Positions 9,464-18,172 of a DNA stretch of 64,000 nucleotides are shown piece by piece. The notes beneath the pieces were generated by a model that saw nothing but the letters and a program-made list of their open reading frames with translations, did not search any database and was not told the DNA's origin. The translations under genes and the position numbers were made by a program. Within the stretch, counting starts at the first letter, position 1, and every line of letters starts with the position of its first letter. The DNA comes from Candidatus Sulfotelmatobacter sp. Its GTDB lineage: Bacteria > Acidobacteriota > Terriglobia > Terriglobales > Acidobacteriaceae. The stretch is taken from positions 5,426 through 69,425 of the forward strand of contig DATGFC010000041.1 in the NCBI GenBank assembly GCA_035309485.1. Reading direction: 5' to 3'.

Positions 9464-10785
9464 GCCGGCTTTGTATCGGAGAACGTTTCGGTCTTAGCGT
9501 CCCAGAATAATTTCTTACCCGTAAAGTACGATTCGGCCGCCATCATGCATGCCACTGAGTGCGCGAATCCCTCGTGCACCGAAGCGTGCGGCTGCTGCCG
9601 CGAGCGCATGCACTCGTACCAGTTCGCCTGATGCTCCAGGGACAGGTCGTCGATTCCCATGGGCGGCAACCCTTTCTGACCAGGAAGCAAAATGTCTTTC
9701 GAAGCCCGCTTTTTATCCACATCGGCGTCGTCTTCGTGAGTCCCTTTTTCCTCGACCACTTGATATCGTGGACTACCCTCTCCGCCGATGTTGAATAACG
9801 TGGCCTTTTTCCCCATGTATCGCGTGAAGCTAGGCGCATCATTGCCGAAGCTGGTGGAGTAGCTGACGAGGAATCCCTTGGGATACTCCAGCAGCGTCTG
9901 GAACGTGTCGGGGTTCTCCCGCCCGTCATGCCAGGCAAAAACTCCGCCATGCGAAACGACGGAGGTCGGATAATTGTCGCCCATGAACCAGTGCACCAGG
10001 TCGATGGCATGGCTCATCCACTGATCGGGAATGCCGCTGGAAAATTCTTTGTACAGCCGGAATTCAAAATACATTTGCGGATCGAACGGCCGCTGCGGCT
10101 TGGTCATCAGCCAGGCGTTCCAATCGGTGTCCTGCTCGCGAATCTGCTTCACCTCTGGGCGCCCGCGCCACCGCGGACCGTGATAGTTCCACACAATCTC
10201 AACCTTGCTGACGTCGCCGAGATCTCCGCTCGCCGCGACCTTCTGCGCCGCGACTTGATAGGGCTCGCTCCGGTGCTGGGTTCCCACCTGCACGATGGTG
10301 TTAGCCTGCAGCACCGCATCCCGCCCCGCTTTCGCTTCCGCCAGAACATTGCCCATCGGTTTCTCGACGTACGCATCTTTCTTCGCCTCGGCGACCAATT
10401 TCAGGATGGGCGAATGCGAATGTTCGGGCGTTGAGATCAGCACGCCGTCGATGTCTTTCAGAGCAAGCAGTTCTTCCGGATGCTGCACGGCTCGCGGAGT
10501 TCTCCCGTAATAGCCAGCGTTCCTGGCCGCGGCCTTCTCGCGGTTCACCTTCCACAAGTCGCAGACCGCAGTCATCTCGATGTTGTGACTGTCCTTCAAC
10601 TTCGACGCGATAAGGTCCAGTTCGGTGCCGCGGCTTCCGATCCCGATGTGACCAAGCGAAATGCGATCGTTGGCTCCAATGATCCTTCCATAAGATAGAG
10701 CTGTGTGCGGCAGAACCGCCGCTCCGGCAATCGCGGCAGCAGACTTACCCAAAAAATCACGCCGGTTGATGAAAGATTCGGTCAT
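9460..10785 (-). CDS. Gfo/Idh/MocA family oxidoreductase with TAT signal
   Basis: MTESFINRRDFLGKSAAAIAGAAV leader and a Rossmann segment GHIGIGSRG...EKP. Its stop codon overlaps the stop of the convergent gene (TTAA at 9460..9463). Confidence 0.85.
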   Translation of the reverse strand: MTESFINRRDFLGKSAAAIAGAAVLPHTALSYGRIIGANDRISLGHIGIGSRGTELDLIASKLKDSHNIEMTAVCDLWKVNREKAAARNAGYYGRTPRAVQHPEELLALKDIDGVLISTPEHSHSPILKLVAEAKKDAYVEKPMGNVLAEAKAGRDAVLQANTIVQVGTQHRSEPYQVAAQKVAASGDLGDVSKVEIVWNYHGPRWRGRPEVKQIREQDTDWNAWLMTKPQRPFDPQMYFEFRLYKEFSSGIPDQWMSHAIDLVHWFMGDNYPTSVVSHGGVFAWHDGRENPDTFQTLLEYPKGFLVSYSTSFGNDAPSFTRYMGKKATLFNIGGEGSPRYQVVEEKGTHEDDADVDKKRASKDILLPGQKGLPPMGIDDLSLEHQANWYECMRSRQQPHASVHEGFAHSVACMMAAESYFTGKKLFWDAKTETFSDTKPA

Positions 10786-10871
10786 GCATTGCTCCTGTGA
10801 AAGGATTCACTGAATCTGAGACTCCTCGCGTCGCCTGACAAACAGCTCCGCTCGGGATGAAAACGTACTGA

Positions 10872-13034
10872 TTAAGCCGCCTTCAATCCATTCGGAATTA
10901 AAGGCAGAGCACGAAGCCGCTTGCCAGTTGCGTCAAAGATGGCATTGGCGATAGCGGGCGCTACGCCGATCAGCGGGCATTCGCCCGCGCCCGCCGACGG
11001 AATATCTTTGCGATCGATCAGGACCGTCTCCATCACCGGAACGTCGCTGAAGCGCGGCACACGGTATTGCGAGAGCCGGTCGTTCAGAATCTTGCCATTA
11101 TCAAACTGAATCGCCTCGAACAGCGCTCCTCCGAGGCCTTGCACGTTCGATCCCTCGAGCTGATTGCGCAACCCGTCGGGATTCACGATCGCCCCACATT
11201 CGAAGGCAGTAACGAGGCGGACGATTTTGACCTCGCCTGATTTCCTATCGACATTGATTTCGGCAAAAGTCGCGACGTTCCCCAATTTCTCGAAGCCGCC
11301 CCCCATGCCGAAGCCTTGGCCCTCGCTCTTGCTCTTTCCCCAGCCAAACTGTTTTGCGGCGGCCTCGAACACCGCCCGCAGTCGTTCATTCTTCAGATTC
11401 TTGAGGCGAAACTCGAGCGGATCCATTTTCACCGTGTGGGCCAGTTCGTCCATGTGCGATTCGCGCGCAAAGTGATTGGCCGTCGCCGCCAGCGCCCGGT
11501 ACGATCCCTGCCGCAACGGCGACTTCACCGCATGGAAGACAATGCGCTGGTTGGGAATTTCGTAGTAGGTTTTGATTCCCGCGGAACCGGAGTTGTAATT
11601 GTGAAATTCCCAGGCGGTAATGGTTCCGTCTTTGCGAACGCCGCTCATCACGTCAATCACGCCCGCTGGGCGAAAGTAAGCCCAGGTAAACTCCTCCTCG
11701 CGCGTCCAAATCACTTTCACCGGACGCTTCGCCGCCCGCGCCAGCCGCGCCGCTTCAATGGCCGTCTCTCCCGTGTGCTTGCCGCCATAACCGGAACCCA
11801 TATCCGGCATCAGCACGCGAATTTTGTCTTCCGGAATTCGAAATGCCTCCGCCAATTGCCCGCGCACTCCGAACGGCCGCTGGGTTCCCGTCCACACCGT
11901 TAATTGATCGCCGTCCCATTTGGCCAGCGCTGCGCGAGGTTCAAGCGGCGTGTGCGCGATGTACTGTACCGTGTACGTCTGCCTCAGCTGGTGATCGGCA
12001 GAACTCATAGCCTGATCCACTGAACCCGTGTCGTAGCGGTCGCCGTCCCCAGTGGGGTCCTTGCCCTCAGTCGTATTCTTCCGGAGGTAGTCGAATAATT
12101 CTTTGTTGGAAATCTGCGGCTCCGACTTCCATTCCGCATGAATCGCCGCGAGTGCAGCTTCGGCCAGCTGTGTAGTGGGCGCCGCCGCTCCTATGAAGTT
12201 GCCATCGTGCACGACCGTAGCGCCCATCTGCTCGGCCTTTTGCGTGTCGACCGACACCACGGTGGCGTCGAACGCCGGCGGGCGAAGTACCTTGCCATAC
12301 ATCATGTCGGGCAGTCTCTGATCTGACGGATAGCGATGCTGCCCGGTCACAAACTCTCGCCCATCCACCTTTGGCATTGACTTCCCCGCTACGGTCCAGT
12401 TCGCCGCGGGAATGAGGGGATCTTCCTGCGGAAGAGTTTCGGTCAACTGTTGCCCCTTCAAGAGCGCCGCGTATTCTACAGAGCGCTTGCCTTGTGGATC
12501 GGTGATCTTCCCACCGGCAGCGACCAGATGTTGGGCATCCGTCTTCCACTGCGCAGCCGCCAGATTCACGAGAACATCGCGCGCTGCCGAAGCAACTTTT
12601 CGCAGTTGCAGATTCATCGTGGGAGTCGTACGGCTCCCGAAGGTTCCCATGTCAAATGGCGTGAGCTGCGTGTCGCCCATCACCATCTCGATATTTTCGA
12701 TGGGCACATGCAATTCTTCGGCAACTGCCTGGCTCAGCGACGTTCGAATGTTCTGGCCGATTTCAACTTTTCCGGTGTACACCGTAACCTTGCCGTTTTC
12801 TCCTATGTGCAGCCAGGCATTGATTTCCTGCGGCAACGACTCGCCACGCCGCTGCCTGCCACCGCCAGATTCCTGCGCGATCACTGCGGTCTTGAGCACA
12901 GACACAACCACCAGCCCCGCCCCAAGGAACTTGAAAAAGTCCCGCCGGCCGAGTTCAAAGTGGTATGGAGACGCAGCCCTCAGTTCGTAGCGCTCGGGCT
13001 CCAGCGGAACTTGGACTTGAGATTTGTCCTTCAT
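10872..13034 (-). CDS. Molybdopterin-binding large subunit of a xanthine-dehydrogenase-family hydroxylase (IorB / aldehyde oxidoreductase beta-like)
   Basis: Large ORF with an RRDFFKFLGAGLVV TAT-like segment and aldehyde oxidase/XDH a/b-hammerhead and MoCo-binding type sequence. The start ATG at 13034 overlaps the stop of the 2Fe-2S subunit gene (ATGA). Confidence 0.85.
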   Translation of the reverse strand: MKDKSQVQVPLEPERYELRAASPYHFELGRRDFFKFLGAGLVVVSVLKTAVIAQESGGGRQRRGESLPQEINAWLHIGENGKVTVYTGKVEIGQNIRTSLSQAVAEELHVPIENIEMVMGDTQLTPFDMGTFGSRTTPTMNLQLRKVASAARDVLVNLAAAQWKTDAQHLVAAGGKITDPQGKRSVEYAALLKGQQLTETLPQEDPLIPAANWTVAGKSMPKVDGREFVTGQHRYPSDQRLPDMMYGKVLRPPAFDATVVSVDTQKAEQMGATVVHDGNFIGAAAPTTQLAEAALAAIHAEWKSEPQISNKELFDYLRKNTTEGKDPTGDGDRYDTGSVDQAMSSADHQLRQTYTVQYIAHTPLEPRAALAKWDGDQLTVWTGTQRPFGVRGQLAEAFRIPEDKIRVLMPDMGSGYGGKHTGETAIEAARLARAAKRPVKVIWTREEEFTWAYFRPAGVIDVMSGVRKDGTITAWEFHNYNSGSAGIKTYYEIPNQRIVFHAVKSPLRQGSYRALAATANHFARESHMDELAHTVKMDPLEFRLKNLKNERLRAVFEAAAKQFGWGKSKSEGQGFGMGGGFEKLGNVATFAEINVDRKSGEVKIVRLVTAFECGAIVNPDGLRNQLEGSNVQGLGGALFEAIQFDNGKILNDRLSQYRVPRFSDVPVMETVLIDRKDIPSAGAGECPLIGVAPAIANAIFDATGKRLRALPLIPNGLKAA

Positions 13035-13525
13035 CGGCTGGCTCCCTTCGCAGCGGCGGTCTCTCGCGATGCCTTGGCCGCCTTCTGGATCGCGCTCACA
13101 ATGCGCGGGTAGGTTCCGCAACGGCAGACGTTGCCATCCATTAAGTCCACGATCTCATTGGGCTGAGGATTCGGGTTCTTCTGCAGTAACGCAACCGCCG
13201 ACATAATCATTCCCGATGTGCAGTACGCGCATTGCATAGCGCCCACATCAAGAAACGCCTGCTGCACCGGATGAAGGCGATCTCCGTGGGCCAACCCCTC
13301 GATGGTCGTAATCTTTTTCTCTGCGACAGAACCCACGCGCGTGATGCACGAGCGCTGCGCCTTTCCGTCGATCAGAACCGTGCAGGCCCCACACTGGCCT
13401 TCCCCACATCCATATTTGCTGCCGGTCAGATCCAGATGCTCGCGCAGGACAGTCAGAAGGGCGGTTTGGGGATCCACGTCAACGGCGTAAGGTTTCCCGT
13501 TAATGGCGAGATGAATCGTAGACAT
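13031..13525 (-). CDS. (2Fe-2S)-binding small subunit of the molybdenum hydroxylase (IorA-like)
   Basis: GCGEGQCGACTVLIDG and CAYCTSG...CRCGTY are the two classic [2Fe-2S] motifs. Confidence 0.92.
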   Translation of the reverse strand: MSTIHLAINGKPYAVDVDPQTALLTVLREHLDLTGSKYGCGEGQCGACTVLIDGKAQRSCITRVGSVAEKKITTIEGLAHGDRLHPVQQAFLDVGAMQCAYCTSGMIMSAVALLQKNPNPQPNEIVDLMDGNVCRCGTYPRIVSAIQKAAKASRETAAAKGASR

Positions 13526-13630
13526 TCGAGACTCCAGAACGAGGGAACAGCAGTTGAAGATGTCTTCGAGGACTCGTTAGTAAAATGATATACCTGCGAG
13601 CCCATTCAGATGAAGCCCGACGTCCCCGGA

Positions 13631-13718
13631 ATTGTTTGGTTGATGATTTTTGTTTGTTGAATGAAGAACCCGGTGTATTCGAGGTTTTCATTCAACAATC
13701 AACAATCAAAATTCAACA
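13631..13718. repeat. Inverted pair of about 7-nt periodic arrays (TTGNTNN... / NTCAACA x4) around a 21-nt spacer
   Basis: A 12-bp perfect stem ttgttgaatgaa (13654..13665) / ttcattcaacaa (13687..13698) is embedded in periodic units: ttcaaca atcaaca atcaaaa ttcaaca. Confidence 0.7.
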
Positions 13719-13728
13719 ATAGATTTTC

Positions 13729-15027
13729 CTAGTCGTTGATCGCCTGATACGCCAGTTCATTCACTTGCCGGTCCAGCGTCAAGTCGCCCGTGGGATGCAG
13801 TTGCGCCATGAATACGACAATCATCTGTTCCTTGGGATCGATGGTGAATCCGGTATAAAAGAATCCGCCCCAACTGTACTCGCCCACCGAACCCAACTCG
13901 CCGAGCGGACCTTTGACGCCTTCGATTCCAAAGCCCAGCCCAAATCCCTGGTCCGGACCGATTTTTCCCAGTTGATCGTGGGTCATCAACTCCACGGTTT
14001 TTCGGCTTAACAGGCGCGTGTTCCCGACTCGGCCTTCGTCGAGCATCATCTGGCAAAAGCGCGCATAATCCATCGCCGTGGAAACCAGTCCACCCCCGCC
14101 AGAGAAAAGTTTCTTCGGTCCCTTCGATGGATAATCCGCCGAATATACGAATGTTCCTTCACGGATCGGGGTATCCGGAAATCGGTTCAACCCTTTGTCT
14201 GGATAGTAGGTGTATGCGGTGGCCAGACGGCCGAGTTTATTGTCCGGAGGAAAGAAGTAGGTATCGTTCATGCCTAGCGGCTCGAAGATTCGCGTGCGGA
14301 AAAATTCGTCCAAGGGTTTGCCGGACACGACCTCGACCAAGCGGCCCAGCACGTCCACACCCAGGCTGTATTCAAACCGATCTCCGGGATTGAATAACAA
14401 TGGCAGTCCCGCAAGCTGTTTCACGCTGTCGCCAATGGTGCCGTCGTATGGCAGCAGACCGCTCGCGATGTTGGCCTTTTCATACATCGGCCCGAGATCG
14501 GCATTCCAGTTGTAGGTCAATCCCGATGTATGCCGCAGCAGGTCGCGAATCGTAATTTCCTTCGTCGCCGGAATCGTATACGGCTCGCCCGAGGCGGGTT
14601 TGACCAGCACCTTCGGATTCTTGAACTCCGGCAGATATTTGGAGACCGGATCATCCAGCAAAAACTTGCCTTCCTCGTACAGCATCATCACCGCTACGCT
14701 GGTGATGGGCTTGCTCATCGAGCAGATCCGGAACATGGCATCGGCCGGCATGGGCTTGCCGGACTCACGGTCCATCATGCCCTGAGCCTTGAACCAGGCC
14801 ACGTGCCCACGGCGGACCACCAGCGTGACTGTGCCCGCAATACGCTTGTCATCTATGTCGTGCTGCACGACAGTGGCAATGCGGTCGAGGCGTTCCGACG
14901 ATAACCCAACCGACTCAGGCTTGGCGGGCGTTAGCTCCTGGGCCCAAGCACAGGCATTCAGCAGAAGAACGCCGAACAGAACCGGAACGAACTTCCGGCT
15001 CTGCCCGGCTAGATCGGTAGCACGCAT
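13729..15027 (-). CDS. Serine hydrolase, beta-lactamase (class C)/esterase family, secreted
   Basis: Signal peptide, then the S-x-x-K motif in CSMSKPITSVAV. Length and C-terminal region are typical of the beta-lactamase-related family. Confidence 0.85.
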   Translation of the reverse strand: MRATDLAGQSRKFVPVLFGVLLLNACAWAQELTPAKPESVGLSSERLDRIATVVQHDIDDKRIAGTVTLVVRRGHVAWFKAQGMMDRESGKPMPADAMFRICSMSKPITSVAVMMLYEEGKFLLDDPVSKYLPEFKNPKVLVKPASGEPYTIPATKEITIRDLLRHTSGLTYNWNADLGPMYEKANIASGLLPYDGTIGDSVKQLAGLPLLFNPGDRFEYSLGVDVLGRLVEVVSGKPLDEFFRTRIFEPLGMNDTYFFPPDNKLGRLATAYTYYPDKGLNRFPDTPIREGTFVYSADYPSKGPKKLFSGGGGLVSTAMDYARFCQMMLDEGRVGNTRLLSRKTVELMTHDQLGKIGPDQGFGLGFGIEGVKGPLGELGSVGEYSWGGFFYTGFTIDPKEQMIVVFMAQLHPTGDLTLDRQVNELAYQAIND

Positions 15028-15036
15028 TTTTTCCTC

Positions 15037-16383
15037 TTAGGACTTGATGGTCTTCGATGCCTCATCCCACGTGACGGGCTTCTTGCGGAAATATGATTCG
15101 TTCGCCATGTGGCATGCGATCGCCGCATGGTTTCCGAACACCGCGTTCTCGGTGACGTCCTTCCGCGACTTCACTGCCTGGAAAAACACGTTCAGGTGCG
15201 GTTTCATGTCGTCCCAGTCGTGCCCTTTGTAAACCGTATCCACATACTCGGGTTCCTTACCCAGTTGCGGATCGTGCTCCTCATGCCACTGCTTGAAGTA
15301 TGCCTCTCGCAGTTTCGCCGGGAAAGAAAAAGCGTAGTAACTGGGCGCCAAATCGACGCCGGGCTGATAGTACTGTTTCAGATCGAACTCGCCCGCATCC
15401 AGAATGCCCTTCGGCCCCATGAACCGCGCCAGTTCCGGCGTTTCGCAACCCAGGTCCAGGCGCACATACACCGGGATGCCGTGATAGTCGAACAGCACGG
15501 TATGGAAGTCAGGCATATCGCGGCCATCGTTGAAGCGGAAGATTCCGCCCGTGGCTACGGCCGAGCGGGGAATCTCGTTCCATCCTAGAGTTTTCAGCAT
15601 GCCGCTCAGGAGGTGCACCATCAGATCTCCCGCGACGCCGGTCCCGTAAGCTTTCCAGCAGCGCCAGCGCGCAAAATGCAGCGGGTTAAAAGGAACCTTC
15701 GGCGCATCATTCAGCCACGTATCCCAGTCGAGCGTCTGCGGAGACAGATCGGGCGGAGGCGGATACTGCCATGCGCCCGTGGGATCGTTGCGGCCGAGGG
15801 TGAGTTCCACCATCTCGACATCGCCAATCGTACCCTTCTGATACAGCTCGCGCGCCGTCTCGCAAAGCTCGGAACTCACCCGCTGCGAGCCAATTTGCAC
15901 GATGCGGTTGTTCTTTTGCGCCGCCTCGACCATCGCCAGGCCATCGGCGACGTTGTGCGACATTGGCTTCTCGCAATAGATATCCTTGCCCGCATTGCAG
16001 GCATCCACCACCACCCGGCGGTGCCAATGATCAGGAACGGCGGCCACGATGCAGTCGATGTCCTTTCGATCCAGCAGTTGCCTGTATTCGCGGGAGGTCG
16101 GCAAGCTGGGATTGGCCGTGATTTCCTTGGCAAGAGTGTGCCGCCCGTCGTATAGATCAGCAGCGCCTACGCACTCGATTCCGGGAATAGTGATGGCCAT
16201 GCTGAGCAGGCCCGATCCCTGCATGCCGATTCCGACCATGCCGAAGCGAACTCGGTCGCTAGGCGCCACCGGCCGTGGTATCAACGGTTGAGCTTCGAGC
16301 AAAATGGTCTTGGAGGCCAGCACCCCGCCGGCAGCCACTGCGCTTCCCTGCAAAAATGCGCGTCGCGAAAGATTCCGTTTCAT
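15037..16383 (-). CDS. Gfo/Idh/MocA family oxidoreductase with TAT signal
   Basis: MKRNLSRRAFLQGSAVAAGGVLA leader (start chosen at 16383 inside ORF 15037..16434). It also has GMVGIGMQG and the EKP motif. Confidence 0.85.
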   Translation of the reverse strand: MKRNLSRRAFLQGSAVAAGGVLASKTILLEAQPLIPRPVAPSDRVRFGMVGIGMQGSGLLSMAITIPGIECVGAADLYDGRHTLAKEITANPSLPTSREYRQLLDRKDIDCIVAAVPDHWHRRVVVDACNAGKDIYCEKPMSHNVADGLAMVEAAQKNNRIVQIGSQRVSSELCETARELYQKGTIGDVEMVELTLGRNDPTGAWQYPPPPDLSPQTLDWDTWLNDAPKVPFNPLHFARWRCWKAYGTGVAGDLMVHLLSGMLKTLGWNEIPRSAVATGGIFRFNDGRDMPDFHTVLFDYHGIPVYVRLDLGCETPELARFMGPKGILDAGEFDLKQYYQPGVDLAPSYYAFSFPAKLREAYFKQWHEEHDPQLGKEPEYVDTVYKGHDWDDMKPHLNVFFQAVKSRKDVTENAVFGNHAAIACHMANESYFRKKPVTWDEASKTIKS

Positions 16384-16430
16384 CCCAATCCCTCCGATTG
16401 ATTTAACTGCGACCTGCGCTTGCCCTTGGT

Positions 16431-17126
16431 TCACTTCTTCAGCGGTTTAATCGCCACCTCCTTAAAGAACACAATGTCGTTGTCGCTGTGATTCTGCAGG
16501 CCGAACCAGCCGAAGTTCGGCCGCGGGCCGCGCTGCGGCTCGAAATCGAACTTGCGGTCGGGCACAGGATCGCCCTCCTTGTAATCGGTCACCTTCTGGC
16601 CATTGAGCATTACGATGGTGCGCGGCCCGTCCAGCGTGATCTCCATCGTGTTCCACTCGGGACCCGGCTTCCACGCGTTTTTCACCAGCGGCTTGGTCAA
16701 TGAATACAGCATCCCAGTCTCGTGGTACTCATCCTCGTTCGATTTTTCCGGATGATTGTCGATCTGCACTTCGAAACCGTAGTGCACCGGCATCCATTCT
16801 TCGCGCGGCTCCACGGGAATGCGGATGAAGACTCCAGAATTGTCGTTCTCGTCGCGCATCTTGTACACGACATGGATCACGCAATTACCGATCTTGCCGC
16901 CTGTCCAGTAGAGCAGCCCCATTCCGCCGTGGGTGTGGATTAAGCCATCTTCCACTGTGTCGTTCCCCGGGCCCACATGCTTCCAACCGGTCAAATCCTT
17001 GCCATCAAAAAGCTGTTGCCATTTGCCGGGATCGCCCTTGCAGGCGTTCTGATCCTGATCGGCCGCAAAGGCGACCGTCGCCAATCCGGCGAGCATAAAA
17101 ATGCACACAGTAAATCGTTTCAGCAT
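16431..17126 (-). CDS. DUF1080 (3-keto-disaccharide hydrolase-like, concanavalin-type) secreted protein
   Basis: Signal peptide MLKRFTVCIFMLAGLATVAFA, then LFDGKDLTGWKHVG...FGLQNH..VFFKEV, characteristic of DUF1080. It is directly upstream of a Gfo/Idh/MocA gene. Confidence 0.8.
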   Translation of the reverse strand: MLKRFTVCIFMLAGLATVAFAADQDQNACKGDPGKWQQLFDGKDLTGWKHVGPGNDTVEDGLIHTHGGMGLLYWTGGKIGNCVIHVVYKMRDENDNSGVFIRIPVEPREEWMPVHYGFEVQIDNHPEKSNEDEYHETGMLYSLTKPLVKNAWKPGPEWNTMEITLDGPRTIVMLNGQKVTDYKEGDPVPDRKFDFEPQRGPRPNFGWFGLQNHSDNDIVFFKEVAIKPLKK

Positions 17127-17239
17127 TAGAAGTCTCCTGGAATTTGTGCGGTAGCTACCATGGGACAGACCAATCTACTCGCACCCGCCGCTGGAATCAA
17201 ACGCGAGGAAGGGTTTAGTGCCGGATGTCAGGCAAATCG

Positions 17240-17623
17240 TTACTTCGACGCTGCCTCTGCTCCAATTTTCTCGATCACAATTGCTGTCGACCCGCCGCGC
17301 ACATACGTCTTGCCGCTGGCCGTGACGCGCAGTCCGGCAAAGGGCATTAGCTTTTCGTTCTGACCGGCCGAGGGAGTGGTGTCGGCGATCGGCCAGTAGA
17401 TCGTGCCATTGTCCGCCAGAATGACTAGCGGCGATCCCGCCCTGGCACACGCCTCAGCGCACTGCGCGCTGATGGGTTTTTTCAACCCTTTGGTGAAGGC
17501 GCAGGCCGAATCCAGAACGTATCCATTTACGGAGACGGACTTGCCATCATCGCTTCCCGCGGCTAGCAAAGCCACGAATACAACGCCAGCCGTCAACAGC
17601 CAAGCAGGCTTCTGAATCCTCAT
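17240..17623 (-). CDS. Hypothetical secreted protein (127 aa)
   Basis: MRIQKPAWLLTAGVVFVALLAAG signal-like N-terminus, with the start chosen at 17623. It is divergent from the BlaI-type regulator. I recognised no family. Confidence 0.5.
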   Translation of the reverse strand: MRIQKPAWLLTAGVVFVALLAAGSDDGKSVSVNGYVLDSACAFTKGLKKPISAQCAEACARAGSPLVILADNGTIYWPIADTTPSAGQNEKLMPFAGLRVTASGKTYVRGGSTAIVIEKIGAEAASK

Positions 17624-17733
17624 TGTGACCTCCTGAATTATCGGGTTCGGTTTAAGTTCCGAGATGGAGACATAAGGTAGCAGACCAGGCAAGAGTCGCA
17701 ATAGTAGCAAGCAGCTATAAAAAATGACGGGAT

Positions 17734-17788
17734 CTACGAAGAATTTCGTTGACACTACGAATACCTTCGTAGTATGGTGCCTTTCATG
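17734..17788 (+). promoter_or_regulatory. Candidate promoter with two TACGAA-N4-TTCGTA-type operator palindromes for the BlaI-family repressor
   Basis: The layout is TTGACA (17749..17754), an 18-nt spacer, TATGGT (17773..17778), 7 nt, then the ATG at 17786. A perfect 20-bp palindrome ACTACGAATACCTTCGTAGT (17754..17773) fills the spacer. A second palindrome, ACGAAgaatTTCGT, lies at 17736..17749. Confidence 0.6.
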
Positions 17789-18172
17789 ACACGCTCACCG
17801 CAAAAACCTACGGCGTCGGAGCTGGAGATTCTCCGCGTTCTCTGGACGCGTGGCCCCTCCACCGTGCGCGAGGTTCATAAAGCGCTCAGCGAGAAAAAGT
17901 CCCTGGGCTACACCACTGTTTTGAAGCTGCTGCAAATTATGACGACAAAAGGCACGGTGCGGCGAAACGAAACCCAGAGGGCCCACGTCTATGAAGCATG
18001 CCTTCCGGCCGAGCAGACCAAGCGGCAGATTGCGGGGGATATGTTGCAGCGCGTCTTTGAAGGGTCGGCAAGCCAGTTGATGATGCACGCGCTCGCCGGG
18101 CGTAAAGCTTCGCAGGAAGAAATTGAAGAACTCCGCCAAATGCTGGATGAGTATGAAAGGAGCCGGCGATGA
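17786..18172 (+). CDS. BlaI/MecI/CopY family transcriptional repressor
   Basis: MTRSPQKPTASELEILRVLWTRGPSTVREVHKAL...GYTTVLKLLQIMTTKG is a winged-helix of the penicillinase-repressor family. The alternative start is 17774, as in the ORF track. Confidence 0.9.
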   Translation: MTRSPQKPTASELEILRVLWTRGPSTVREVHKALSEKKSLGYTTVLKLLQIMTTKGTVRRNETQRAHVYEACLPAEQTKRQIAGDMLQRVFEGSASQLMMHALAGRKASQEEIEELRQMLDEYERSRR

